DNA of 64,000 nucleotides from Acutalibacteraceae bacterium (GTDB lineage Bacteria; Bacillota; Clostridia; Oscillospirales; Acutalibacteraceae): NCBI GenBank assembly GCA_045613145.1, contig JAZLAJ010000048.1, positions 9,858 to 73,857 of the forward strand, read 5' to 3'. Shown piece by piece: positions 55,633 to 64,000 of this stretch (position 1 is its first letter; each line of letters starts with the position of its first letter). The notes under the pieces were generated by a model. It saw only the letters and a program-made list of their open reading frames with translations, ran no database searches and was not told where the DNA came from. The position numbers and the translations under genes were made by a program.

Positions 55633-56579
55633 TGTTAGCGTTTTTAGTAAGCTCTATAAGACTCGGTATGGCCTTCCTTTTCGGCTCTACAGGTGAAACA
55701 ATCACCGAAAAATCAGGACACCTCAATCTGGGTATTCCCGGTGTTATGTGCGTAGGTGCTTCCTGTGGCTGCTTCGCTGAGTATCTTTACCTCTCAGCAG
55801 CTAAAAGTAACGCAAATTATTTCCTCGCAGTTTTCATTCCTGTTCTGGCAACCCTTCTCGGCGGTGCGGTTATGGGACTTATTTTCAGCTTCCTTACCGT
55901 TACTCTTCGTGCTAACCAGAATGTTACAGGTCTCGCACTCACTACCTTCGGTGTAGGTGTGTCGGACTATATGATAGCAGAAACAGGTGCCATTTACAGT
56001 AAGGGCAGCCGTTACTTCACCACCTCTCTTCCCTTCGCAGACGATCTGGGTGCTGTAGGTGAGCTCCTCTTTTCACACGGCATACTTATTTATCTTGCCA
56101 TCATCATCGCACTGGTTTCCGCCTACATTCTTAATAAGACAAGAATAGGCCTCAACCTCCGTGCAGTAGGTGAAAATCCTGCTACTGCCGACGCAGCGGG
56201 TATCAACGTTTCGAGATACAGATATGCTTCTACCTGTATCGGCTGTGCAATCGCAGGTCTCGGCGGTCTCTCCTTTATTATGGACTACCTCAACGGTAAC
56301 TGGGAATACTGTATCGACGCTATCGGCTGGCTCACAATCGCTCTGGTTATCTTCACCGTATGGAAGCCCCATCTGGCTATCTTCGGCTCAGTTATCTTCG
56401 GTGCTCTCTACATCGCCAGCAGCTACATCACAGGCGTAAGCTTCGCAAGCAAGGAAATTTTCAAAATGCTTCCCTATGTGGTTACGATTGTCGTGCTTAT
56501 ATTCACAAGCATCCGTGACCGTAAGGAAAATCAGCCCCCGGCAGCTCTCGGTCTGCCCTATTTCAGAGAAGAGAGATAA
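55632..56579 (+). CDS. ABC transporter permease
   Basis: Its start overlaps the preceding stop (ATGA). The protein is polytopic. Confidence 0.85.
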   Translation: MLAFLVSSIRLGMAFLFGSTGETITEKSGHLNLGIPGVMCVGASCGCFAEYLYLSAAKSNANYFLAVFIPVLATLLGGAVMGLIFSFLTVTLRANQNVTGLALTTFGVGVSDYMIAETGAIYSKGSRYFTTSLPFADDLGAVGELLFSHGILIYLAIIIALVSAYILNKTRIGLNLRAVGENPATADAAGINVSRYRYASTCIGCAIAGLGGLSFIMDYLNGNWEYCIDAIGWLTIALVIFTVWKPHLAIFGSVIFGALYIASSYITGVSFASKEIFKMLPYVVTIVVLIFTSIRDRKENQPPAALGLPYFREER

Positions 56580-56807
56580 TTTTCCTTTGTGCAAAATAAA
56601 CACAAAATATCTGCTTTTTTGAGCAAAAAAGCTAAAACCAGAGATTTGTTCAAATCTTTAAAGTAAAAAGGTCAAAAAAGACTTGACTTTTTTACAAAAA
56701 TAATGTAACTTTATATAGTAAATGACTACGTGTTGATTTGACCAAGACGAGCCATTATTACTTAAAACAAGCGTGTATACGCAATTTTTGAAAGGGGTTT
56801 AATAACC

Positions 56808-57779
56808 ATGAAAAAAGAAATTAAGGTTGTTGCTATTGTACTCGTAGCCCTTATCGTTTTCTTAGCAGGCTTCGGACTTGGCGCAACAAAAGGCATCAAC
56901 ATCAACATCGGTTCTGAAAGCGGCATCAACGTTAATGTTAACGGCGGCTCAGGTTCAGCAGCAGTTGTTGCTCCCACACAGGCTCCCGTAACTCAGGCAC
57001 CTGTTACCCAGGCTCCCGTAACAGAAGCTCCCACACAGGCACCTGCTACAGATGCTCCCGCAGTTGACGCACCTGCTACAGATGCTCCTGCAACTGATGC
57101 TCCTTCCGCAAATGCTCCCGCAGGCAACTCTTCACTTCCCTCAACAAAGGCTGAAATCGCTGCAGCTTACAACAAAGTTGTAAACGAAGCAAAGGCTTAC
57201 ACAGGTAAGGTAACTCTTAAGAAGCACGACATCATCAATGTTCAGCTTAAGGATCTCCCCGCTGTTGCTGAAAAGATCATCAACCCTGTTGTTCAGAATC
57301 TTACACAGACCAGCCCCGAAGAATATGTATTCGACGGCGGTAAGGACGTAAACGATCCTAACAGATTTGTTTCTCATAAGATCGTTCCCGGCGGCAGAGA
57401 CGTATCTGTTCAGGAAGCAGGTCTTGCTTCAGCTTCTGCTACTGCAAATCCCGACGGCGGTTACACAATGGTTCTTACTTTCATCGCTGAAGATTCAAAC
57501 TTCGACGGTACACAGAACACATCTGAACCCACACATCATATGACTGCTATGGATCCCCTTAACCTCGGTTCTCTTGACCTTGGTCCCATCAGCATCTCAG
57601 AAGCTAAGCTTCACTATCCCGGTGCTACAATGACTGCTACAGTTGACGCTCAGGGCAGACTTGTTAAGCTTGAGCAGAAGCTTCCTCTTGAAGGCTTCGG
57701 TACAGGTAAAGCAGGTATCTCTCTTACTCTCAACCTTGCAGGTTCAATGGATGGTACTTACGACTTCATCTACGGCTAA
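56808..57779 (+). CDS. membrane-anchored extracellular protein with Pro/Ala/Thr repeat linker, unknown function
   Basis: It has an N-terminal TM, then the repeats QAPVT x3 and DAPAT x4, then a domain of about 210 aa that I do not recognise. Confidence 0.7.
   Translation: MKKEIKVVAIVLVALIVFLAGFGLGATKGININIGSESGINVNVNGGSGSAAVVAPTQAPVTQAPVTQAPVTEAPTQAPATDAPAVDAPATDAPATDAPSANAPAGNSSLPSTKAEIAAAYNKVVNEAKAYTGKVTLKKHDIINVQLKDLPAVAEKIINPVVQNLTQTSPEEYVFDGGKDVNDPNRFVSHKIVPGGRDVSVQEAGLASASATANPDGGYTMVLTFIAEDSNFDGTQNTSEPTHHMTAMDPLNLGSLDLGPISISEAKLHYPGATMTATVDAQGRLVKLEQKLPLEGFGTGKAGISLTLNLAGSMDGTYDFIYG
56974..57125 (+). repeat. in-frame 15-nt-period tandem repeats encoding APVTQ / DAPAT linker
   Basis: caggctcccgtaact-type units are visible directly in the sequence. 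Confidence 0.7.
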
Positions 57780-57842
57780 TTCAAACATAAAAACGGGGCT
57801 GTCTTATGACGGCCCTTTTTTAATAGAAAGGAAGATAAATAT

Positions 57843-58805
57843 ATGAAGAAGGCAGGAGCAATTCTCGCTCTCGGTGCTGCTGTAGGTGCATCTGTTTACA
57901 AATTTCACGATGTAATCTTCCACGCACTCATCGAAAGAGATTTCACTATCCCGGCGCCTATCGCAAAAATCGTTACCGCCGATGACGGAAGCAGTGAATC
58001 CGAAAAGAAAAGAGTTACTCTGCAGAATATGACCTGGCTTATGGATTACGGCTTCGAAAAATATACTATGGTAAACGACAGAGGTCAGAAGCTCTGCGGT
58101 TATCTGATGAAGCCCGAAAAGGAAAGCAAGGTTTATGTTTTCGGCGCTCACGGCTACAGAAGTGACGGTAAAGGTGAATGGTGTCACTATGCCAGACACT
58201 GGGTAGAAGAAAAGGGTTATAATATGTTCTTCGTAGACCATCAGTCTGCCGGAGAAAGCGACGGAAGATACATCGGCTTTTCCTCTTACGAATCGAGAGA
58301 CGCCATAAAATGGATCGATTTTATGGTAGAAGAATTCGGCAGCGACATTCAGATTATCCTTCACGGTATTTCCATGGGCAGTGCCACGGTAATGCTTATG
58401 ACCGGCAGCGGTAAGCTCCCCGAAAATGTAAAATTCACTATCGCTGACTGCGGCTTCACCAGCGCTTATGATGAATTCACATGCAAGCTCGAGCCCTTAC
58501 ATATGCCTAAGATTTCTCTTGACATAGTAAACTCCATAAACAGAAAGAAAGCAGGCTATGATTTACAGAAGGACACTAATGCCCTCGGAGCAGTAGGCAA
58601 GGCTGAAATACCGATGCTCTTCATCCACGGCGGAAAGGATGACTTCGTACCCACCTATATGGTTTACCAGCTTCACGATGCATGCTCTTCGGAATACAAG
58701 GATTTACTCATCGTGCCCGAAGCAGACCATGCACGAAGCTACTACTTCGGTAAAAAGGAATACGATGAAAAGACAGATGAATTTATCGGAAAATTTATAG
58801 ACTGA
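57843..58805 (+). CDS. alpha/beta hydrolase (paralog of 1285..2193)
   Basis: It has the GISMGSAT elbow and the motifs ADCGFTSAYDE and FIHGGKDDFVP, colinear with the first hydrolase. Confidence 0.8.
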   Translation: MKKAGAILALGAAVGASVYKFHDVIFHALIERDFTIPAPIAKIVTADDGSSESEKKRVTLQNMTWLMDYGFEKYTMVNDRGQKLCGYLMKPEKESKVYVFGAHGYRSDGKGEWCHYARHWVEEKGYNMFFVDHQSAGESDGRYIGFSSYESRDAIKWIDFMVEEFGSDIQIILHGISMGSATVMLMTGSGKLPENVKFTIADCGFTSAYDEFTCKLEPLHMPKISLDIVNSINRKKAGYDLQKDTNALGAVGKAEIPMLFIHGGKDDFVPTYMVYQLHDACSSEYKDLLIVPEADHARSYYFGKKEYDEKTDEFIGKFID

Positions 58806-58812
58806 TCAGATA

Positions 58813-58849
58813 AGAATCACTGCAGATTTATGGCAGTGGTTCTTTTTTA
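58813..58849 (+). terminator. intrinsic terminator
   Basis: An 11-bp stem agaatcactgc / gcagtggttct followed by a T-run. Confidence 0.75.
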
Positions 58850-58914
58850 TCGGGCAAGACGAACTTCTGACCCTGTACGATTAAATGATCGCTAAGGTTA
58901 TTTTATAAAAAGGC

Positions 58915-58943
58915 TTGAATAGGTAAATCGGGTTTGATATAAT
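58915..58943 (+). promoter_or_regulatory. promoter of the giant LRR protein gene
   Basis: TTGAAT, 17-nt spacer, TATAAT, with a TG extension. Confidence 0.6.
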
Positions 58944-58973
58944 GGAATAAAATAATTTCTAGGAGGAAATAAA

Positions 58974-61900
58974 ATGAAAAAGATAGGTTTATTTTTCGCT
59001 ACGGCAGTTATGATTATGCTCTTTACATTTTCAGCAAGTGCGTTAGCTGAAAACGGTCAGTGTGGTGATGACGTTTACTGGAGTTTTGACAATTCAACAG
59101 ACACACTCGTTATCAGTGGCAAAGGTGATATGTGGGATTACAGTTATCAGTCGTCATTTTCTGGTAGTGACATTAATGAGATTATCATTGAAGATGGAAT
59201 AACAAGCATAGGTAAGAATGCTTTTTATAATTGCTTAAAACTTCACACTGTAACAATTCCCTACAGTGTAACAAAAATAGGTGAGGATGCATTTGATAGT
59301 TGCAAATATATCGAAGTGCATTATGCCGGTACGGAGAAACAGTGGTATGAAATAGCGTTTGCAGATGGCAATGAGCCTTTAACCGAAGCGGAGAGAAAGT
59401 ATTTTGCTCTTGATTCAACAGGTAAATGTGGTGATAATGTTTATTGGACATTTGATGAGAGTACAGGAGAGCTTGTTTTAAGCGGAACAGGATATATATA
59501 TGAATATCTTGGTTATGATTCACCGTTTTGTTATAATTCCGAGATTAAAAATATTATAATCGGAAACGGAATAACAGAAATAGGTCGTTGTGCATTTGAC
59601 TATTCTTCATTTGAAAGTGTAACAATCGGTATTAATGTAAAATACATTGGTGACTGTGCTTTTGCAGGCTGTGATTTTCTTAAAGATGTTTATTTTGCTG
59701 GTACACAGGAACAGTGGAATGAGATAGTTATCGATGGAGGTAACGAATCTCTCACCAATGCAACTATTCATTTCGCTGGTTGTAATCACGAATATACGGA
59801 AGATGTAACTGAAGATGGCCGGATATGCTATACTTGCATATTATGCGGTGATTATTATGAGGAAGAGTACTTTCCTGAAGAGTGCAACCATGAATACACC
59901 GAAGAAATAACCGAAGACGGCCGGATATGTTATACTTGCATGTTATGCGGTGATTATTATGAGGAAGAGTACTTTCCTGAAGAGTGCAACCATGAATACA
60001 CCGAAGAAATAACCGAAGATGGCCGGATATGTTATACTTGCATATTATGCGGTGATTATTATGAGGAATGTAATCATGAATATACAGAAGAAATAATCGT
60101 AGACTGTCTGATGGGCTATACCTGTATATTCTGCGGCGATTATTATGAGGACTATAATCACGAATACACAGATGAAATAACCGAAGACGGCCGGATATGC
60201 TATACTTGTTTATTATGCGGTGATTATTATGAGGAATGTAATCATGAATATACAGAAGAAATAATCGGGGACGGATTGATAGGTTATACTTGTATATTAT
60301 GTGGTGATTATTTTGAGGAAGAGTACATACCCGAAGAATGCGGTCACGAAAATATAGTGATTGACAAAGGATACTCTCCTCTTTGTACAGATGCAGGACT
60401 TACTGACGGTAAGCACTGTGCTGATTGTGGCGAAGTGTTAGTAGCACAGGAAATTATTCCTGCTACAGGTAAACATAGTTGGATACTATTTCATCAGAGT
60501 TCTGTTCTTTGTCAACTCTGTGGTCGTGGTGGCACGAGTGCCGATTATGCGAATAGCCTGTATCGTTCAGGAGTCTGCGGCGATGGTGTTTCGTGGGAGT
60601 TGAATGCTGGAATTCTTACAATATCTGGGACAGGAAAAATATACGATTATCTGAACGATGTTGCACCATGGGAATACTGTTTTGTGGTAGACTATGGTAA
60701 TATTATACCGCCCACACGGATTCATACTGTAGTAATCGAAAGTGGTGTTACATATATAGGTAAGAATCTCTTTCGTAATAGCAGTGGTATAAAAAGCATA
60801 ACACTGCCGGTTAGTGTAACATCTGTAGGCGAGGGTGCTTTTTTTGGCTGCACGAATCTTGCGGATGTGTATTATGATGGCGTTGAATCTCAGTGGAACG
60901 AAATAAATATTGCTGTGGGAAACAACAATCTGATTAATGCAATGATTCATTTTCCTGATTGTGACGAACACAAAAATATTTCTGAGCATCCGTTGCAAGA
61001 TGCAACTTGTACAGCTAAAGGATACACAGAGGGATGTTATTGCGTGGATTGTTCTAATTGGGTTTCAGGTCATGAAATAATACAGGCCACGGGGCACATT
61101 GATGAAAACAAAGATGAATTATGTGATTTCTGTGGTGAAAAAATTCTCGGAATTGTGAATAGTGGTTTGTGTGGTTATGATGTCGAATGGAAGAGATACG
61201 AAAATAATAAGCTGGTTGTAAGTGGGACTGGTAAAATGTTTGATTATGCACCTGATGTACCTGAATATGTATCCGGAACGGATATTATTATAAAACATAC
61301 GTCTCCACTTAAAGAAGATAATGTTATTATCGAAGAAGGCGTAACATATATAGGTCAATTTTCATTTTTCTCCTGCGGTTTGCAGAACATTACAATTCCT
61401 TATAGTGTAACAAGTATAGGTAGCGGAGCGTTTATGTTTTGTTCAGGGCTTACTGACGTATACTATGCCGGAACAAAAGAACAGTGGAATAAAATAGCAA
61501 TCGGCACACAAAATGAATGTCTCACCAACGCAACAATCCATTTCGCACCTTGCAACCACGAAAATACAGAAGTCTATCCTCAGAAGGATGCTACCTGTAC
61601 CGAAAGCGGTCACACTTCAAGCACATATTGCTATGATTGTGAAACATGGATTGAAGGTAGAGAAGAAATAGCTGCTCTAGGCCACTCCTACGAAACAGCA
61701 GCAACAAAAGCCACCTGTACAACTGACGGTTACACAACCTACACCTGTTCAATATGCGGTGACAGTTATGTAGCTGACGAGGTGAAATCAGAAGGCCACT
61801 CCTACGAATCAGTAGTAACAAAAGCCACCTGCACAACAGACGGATACACAACCTACACCTGTTCAGCATGCGGCGACAGTTATGTAGCTGATGAAGTAAA

Positions 61901-62789
61901 AGCGGAAGGTCACAGCTATGATGACGGTGTTATAAATCCTGAACCTACCTGTAATGATGCAGGCGTAAAGACATTCACATGCGGTAACTGCGGTGACACC
62001 TACACAGAAGCTGTTTCAGCTAAGGGTCACAAGGAAGTTGATGTTCCCGGTTATGATGCTACCTGTGAAAATGCAGGTCTTACAGCTGGTACAAAGTGTT
62101 CAGTATGCGGTGAGTTCACTGTAGCACAGAAAGAGATTCCCGCACTCGGTCATAAGGAAATCATCGACCCGGCAGTAGCACCCACCTGTACAGAAAAAGG
62201 TCTTACAGAAGGTAAGCACTGCGAGACTTGCGGTGAAACACTCGTAGCACAGGAAGTAGCAGATGCTCTCGGTCACTCCTATGAAAAAGCAGTGACAGCA
62301 CCCACCTGTACAGAAAAAGGCTACACCACCTACACCTGTAAAGGTTGCGGTCACAGCTATAAAGGCGACTATGTAGGCACAAAAACACACAACTACATTG
62401 CAACCGTAACAAGACCTGCAACACACCTCACCGAGGGTATAAAAACTCTTACCTGTAGCGACTGCGGAGACTCTTACGATGAAAAAATAGCTAAGATAAA
62501 AGAGCATAGCTATTATGTTTCATATAAAGTCGATCCTACCTGTGAAACAGACGGTTATACAGTTTATCTCTGTGAATGTGATGACAGCTATAACGGAGAC
62601 ATAATCCCCGCCACAGGTCACGATTATGACGGAGATATCTGTAAAAACTGTAACAAGAGTAAGGTCGACAACTGCTCCTGTAACTGTCATAAGGGCGGCT
62701 TCAGCGGTCTTATCTGGAAAATTCTTCGCATCTTCTATAAGCTCTTCGGTATGAATAAGATTTGTGAATGCGGAGTGGCACATTATTAA
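58974..62789 (+). CDS. secreted giant surface protein: four BspA-like leucine-rich-repeat modules interleaved with about 18 His-Cys3 mini-modules, plus a Cys-rich amphipathic C-terminal tail
   Basis: It has a signal peptide. Modules start G.CGD.V.W...L.ISG.G.M.DY and end QWN.I.I..GN..LTNATIHF. The unit GH-x(8-12)-C-x3-G-x(5-7)-C-x2-CG is repeated. Confidence 0.8.
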   Translation: MKKIGLFFATAVMIMLFTFSASALAENGQCGDDVYWSFDNSTDTLVISGKGDMWDYSYQSSFSGSDINEIIIEDGITSIGKNAFYNCLKLHTVTIPYSVTKIGEDAFDSCKYIEVHYAGTEKQWYEIAFADGNEPLTEAERKYFALDSTGKCGDNVYWTFDESTGELVLSGTGYIYEYLGYDSPFCYNSEIKNIIIGNGITEIGRCAFDYSSFESVTIGINVKYIGDCAFAGCDFLKDVYFAGTQEQWNEIVIDGGNESLTNATIHFAGCNHEYTEDVTEDGRICYTCILCGDYYEEEYFPEECNHEYTEEITEDGRICYTCMLCGDYYEEEYFPEECNHEYTEEITEDGRICYTCILCGDYYEECNHEYTEEIIVDCLMGYTCIFCGDYYEDYNHEYTDEITEDGRICYTCLLCGDYYEECNHEYTEEIIGDGLIGYTCILCGDYFEEEYIPEECGHENIVIDKGYSPLCTDAGLTDGKHCADCGEVLVAQEIIPATGKHSWILFHQSSVLCQLCGRGGTSADYANSLYRSGVCGDGVSWELNAGILTISGTGKIYDYLNDVAPWEYCFVVDYGNIIPPTRIHTVVIESGVTYIGKNLFRNSSGIKSITLPVSVTSVGEGAFFGCTNLADVYYDGVESQWNEINIAVGNNNLINAMIHFPDCDEHKNISEHPLQDATCTAKGYTEGCYCVDCSNWVSGHEIIQATGHIDENKDELCDFCGEKILGIVNSGLCGYDVEWKRYENNKLVVSGTGKMFDYAPDVPEYVSGTDIIIKHTSPLKEDNVIIEEGVTYIGQFSFFSCGLQNITIPYSVTSIGSGAFMFCSGLTDVYYAGTKEQWNKIAIGTQNECLTNATIHFAPCNHENTEVYPQKDATCTESGHTSSTYCYDCETWIEGREEIAALGHSYETAATKATCTTDGYTTYTCSICGDSYVADEVKSEGHSYESVVTKATCTTDGYTTYTCSACGDSYVADEVKAEGHSYDDGVINPEPTCNDAGVKTFTCGNCGDTYTEAVSAKGHKEVDVPGYDATCENAGLTAGTKCSVCGEFTVAQKEIPALGHKEIIDPAVAPTCTEKGLTEGKHCETCGETLVAQEVADALGHSYEKAVTAPTCTEKGYTTYTCKGCGHSYKGDYVGTKTHNYIATVTRPATHLTEGIKTLTCSDCGDSYDEKIAKIKEHSYYVSYKVDPTCETDGYTVYLCECDDSYNGDIIPATGHDYDGDICKNCNKSKVDNCSCNCHKGGFSGLIWKILRIFYKLFGMNKICECGVAHY
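59781..60338 (+). repeat. six in-frame tandem repeats (81-102 nt) encoding CNHEYTEEITEDGRICYTCILCGDYYEE(EYFPEE)
   Basis: Units start at 59781, 59883, 59985, 60069, 60156 and 60237. Units 2 and 3 differ at only two positions over 84 nt. Confidence 0.9.
61680..61907 (+). repeat. two 114-nt tandem repeats encoding GHSYExxxTKATCTTDGYTTYTCSxCGDSYVADEVKxE
   Basis: The units are 61680-61793 and 61794-61907. They are highly similar at both DNA and protein level. Confidence 0.85.
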
Positions 62790-62795
62790 TAATTT

Positions 62796-62826
62796 AAGGA
62801 ACGGCGTAAAAACCGTTCCTTTTTTC
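62796..62826 (+). terminator. intrinsic terminator
   Basis: Stem aaggaacgg / ccgttcctt followed by a T-run. Confidence 0.8.
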
Positions 62827-62890
62827 GTATAAAAAAACCGCTGTATCCGCTTTACGCTTTTACAACGGTTCAGTTCTATATATCTCTTGC

Positions 62891-63196
62891 TTATATTTCT
62901 TTCAAAAAGCAGCTTTTAAGCACTCTTCCTTCATCATCAAAGGAAATTCCTTCCCCTTCGAGCAGTGCTCTCTGAACGTCTTCTCCGCCGAAAGCGAACC
63001 CCTTAGAAAGACTGCCGTCAGAAAAAACCACTCTGTGACAAGGTATTTCTCCGGGCAAGGGATTCGAATGCAGAGCATAGCCTACTACTCTTGCCCATCG
63101 GGGATTCCCCGCCATCAGAGCCACCTGTCCGTAAGAGGCGACCTTTCCCTGCGGAAATTTCCTTACTACAGAATAAATCTTATCAAATGTGTTCAT
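62891..63196 (-). CDS. MGMT-family protein (methylated-DNA--protein-cysteine methyltransferase C-terminal domain only)
   Basis: A 101-aa protein with the IPCHRVV active-site motif. Confidence 0.8.
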   Translation of the reverse strand: MNTFDKIYSVVRKFPQGKVASYGQVALMAGNPRWARVVGYALHSNPLPGEIPCHRVVFSDGSLSKGFAFGGEDVQRALLEGEGISFDDEGRVLKSCFLKEI

Positions 63197-63201
63197 AGTT
63201 A

Positions 63202-64000
63202 TCAGATACTTTCGATTTTTATGAGACTTGTGTTACCTGACGTTCCGCTTGTGTCACCGCCGGTGATAACGATTTTATCGCCTTCACTCAGGTTCAGCTC
63301 CTGCTCAGCTATCTTTTTGGCAATATAGAAAAGAACATCTGTGGAAGTAAATCTCTCGCACATAGCCGGTATAACGCCCCAGGACAGAGCAAGTCTCCTC
63401 CAGGTTCTTTCATCGGTAGTAAGTCCGAGAATAGGAACGGGTGAACGGAAGCGTGAAACCATACGTGCCGTCATTCCCGAAAGTGAGCAGGCCACTATTG
63501 CCTTTGCGCCAAGATCAATAGCCATCGTACACGAAGAATGAGACACAGCATCAGCTGAATTTCTTATCTCGAAGGATGAATTATTGAAGCGCTTGTTATA
63601 ATGAATGTTATTCTCTGTGGTTTCAGCTATCTCAGCCATAGTTTTTACAGCCTCGATAGGATATTTACCTGCGGCAGTTTCCCCCGAAAGCATAATAGCG
63701 CTCGTGTCATCATAAACAGCGTTTGCCACGTCTGATATCTCCGCTCTGGTAGGACGGGGATTAGAAATCATAGATTCAAGCATCTCAGTGGCTGTAATGA
63801 CTCTTTTGCCGAGCAGACGGCATTTGGTAATAAGCTTTTTCTGTATAGCAGGGAGCATTTTAAAGGGTATTTCCACACCCATATCCCCTCGTGCTATCAT
63901 TATGCCGTCACATACCTCACATATCTCTTCTATGTTATCACAGCCTGACTGATTTTCGATTTTTGCGATAAGCTCCACATCAGCTGAGCCCAGCTCTCTG
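63202..64000 (-). CDS. pyk: pyruvate kinase, N-terminal part outside window
   Basis: IAKIENQSG...IMIARGDMGVEIP is present, and the frame stays open upstream of the track's GTG to the window edge (RELGSADVELIAKIEN). Confidence 0.9.
   Translation of the reverse strand, partial: RELGSADVELIAKIENQSGCDNIEEICEVCDGIMIARGDMGVEIPFKMLPAIQKKLITKCRLLGKRVITATEMLESMISNPRPTRAEISDVANAVYDDTSAIMLSGETAAGKYPIEAVKTMAEIAETTENNIHYNKRFNNSSFEIRNSADAVSHSSCTMAIDLGAKAIVACSLSGMTARMVSRFRSPVPILGLTTDERTWRRLALSWGVIPAMCERFTSTDVLFYIAKKIAEQELNLSEGDKIVITGGDTSGTSGNTSLIKIESI

Noticed and set aside
59781-60338. Regular repeats of about 100 nt that might suggest a CRISPR-like or satellite array.
   Set aside because: The repeats are contiguous with no spacers, they are in frame, and they encode a repeated Cys-rich protein module within a long ORF.
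1-64000. Mobile elements, prophage boundaries, defence systems (restriction-modification, CBASS, retrons, toxin-antitoxin pairs), tRNA and rRNA genes.
   Set aside because: I saw no transposase, integrase, recombinase, reverse-transcriptase or nuclease-helicase signatures, no cloverleaf-like tRNA candidates, and no terminal inverted repeats. This absence is by eye only and should be confirmed with dedicated tools.

Overview
This is a 64-kb chromosomal segment from a moderate-GC Firmicute of class Clostridia. Gene content suggests an Oscillospiraceae/Ruminococcus-like organism, and spoIIR is present, but the taxonomic call is inference only. I support about 60 protein genes, and most are core or housekeeping. 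They include argS with its DUF1934 partner, gltX, glnS, rpsF-ssb-rpsR, trkAH, xpt with a BMP-type nucleoside ABC transporter, a pseudouridine synthase, a partial pyruvate kinase, an OmpR/HK pair next to htrA, a GH95 fucosidase, mmsA, spoIIR, a DagK-like kinase, GPH/MFS, DMT and DUF554 transporters, and an MGMT-like protein. By eye I found no rRNA, tRNA, CRISPR array, transposase or integrase.

The content worth a second look is:
1. Four very short SD-preceded ORFs of 29-47 aa, all below the ORF-track cutoff, at three loci. Each has its own near-consensus sigma-A promoter and intrinsic terminator, and each encodes an amphipathic helix; three of the four continue into an acidic tail. They look like a dispersed micro-peptide family.
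2. An orphan lysin / XhlA-like / LL-H-holin cassette with no other phage genes nearby. It is preceded by a promoter-proximal structured leader that ends in a strong terminator.
3. A BlaI/BlaR1 (M56) pair whose sensor carries an ectodomain of about 850 aa that does not look like a PBP domain. Tandem TACA-N3-TGTA operator repeats sit across the blaI promoter.
4. A structured leader of about 200 nt with a terminator (riboswitch candidate) upstream of an ArsB/NhaD-superfamily permease.
5. A 1271-aa surface protein that alternates BspA-like LRR modules with about 18 His-Cys3 mini-modules. It contains near-identical tandem DNA repeats and shows a compositional break within the gene.
6. A stand-alone carrier protein translationally coupled to a HAD hydrolase with an atypical DxNxT motif, next to a CoA-acylating aldehyde dehydrogenase.

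All functional names come from motif recognition by eye. No database search was run.
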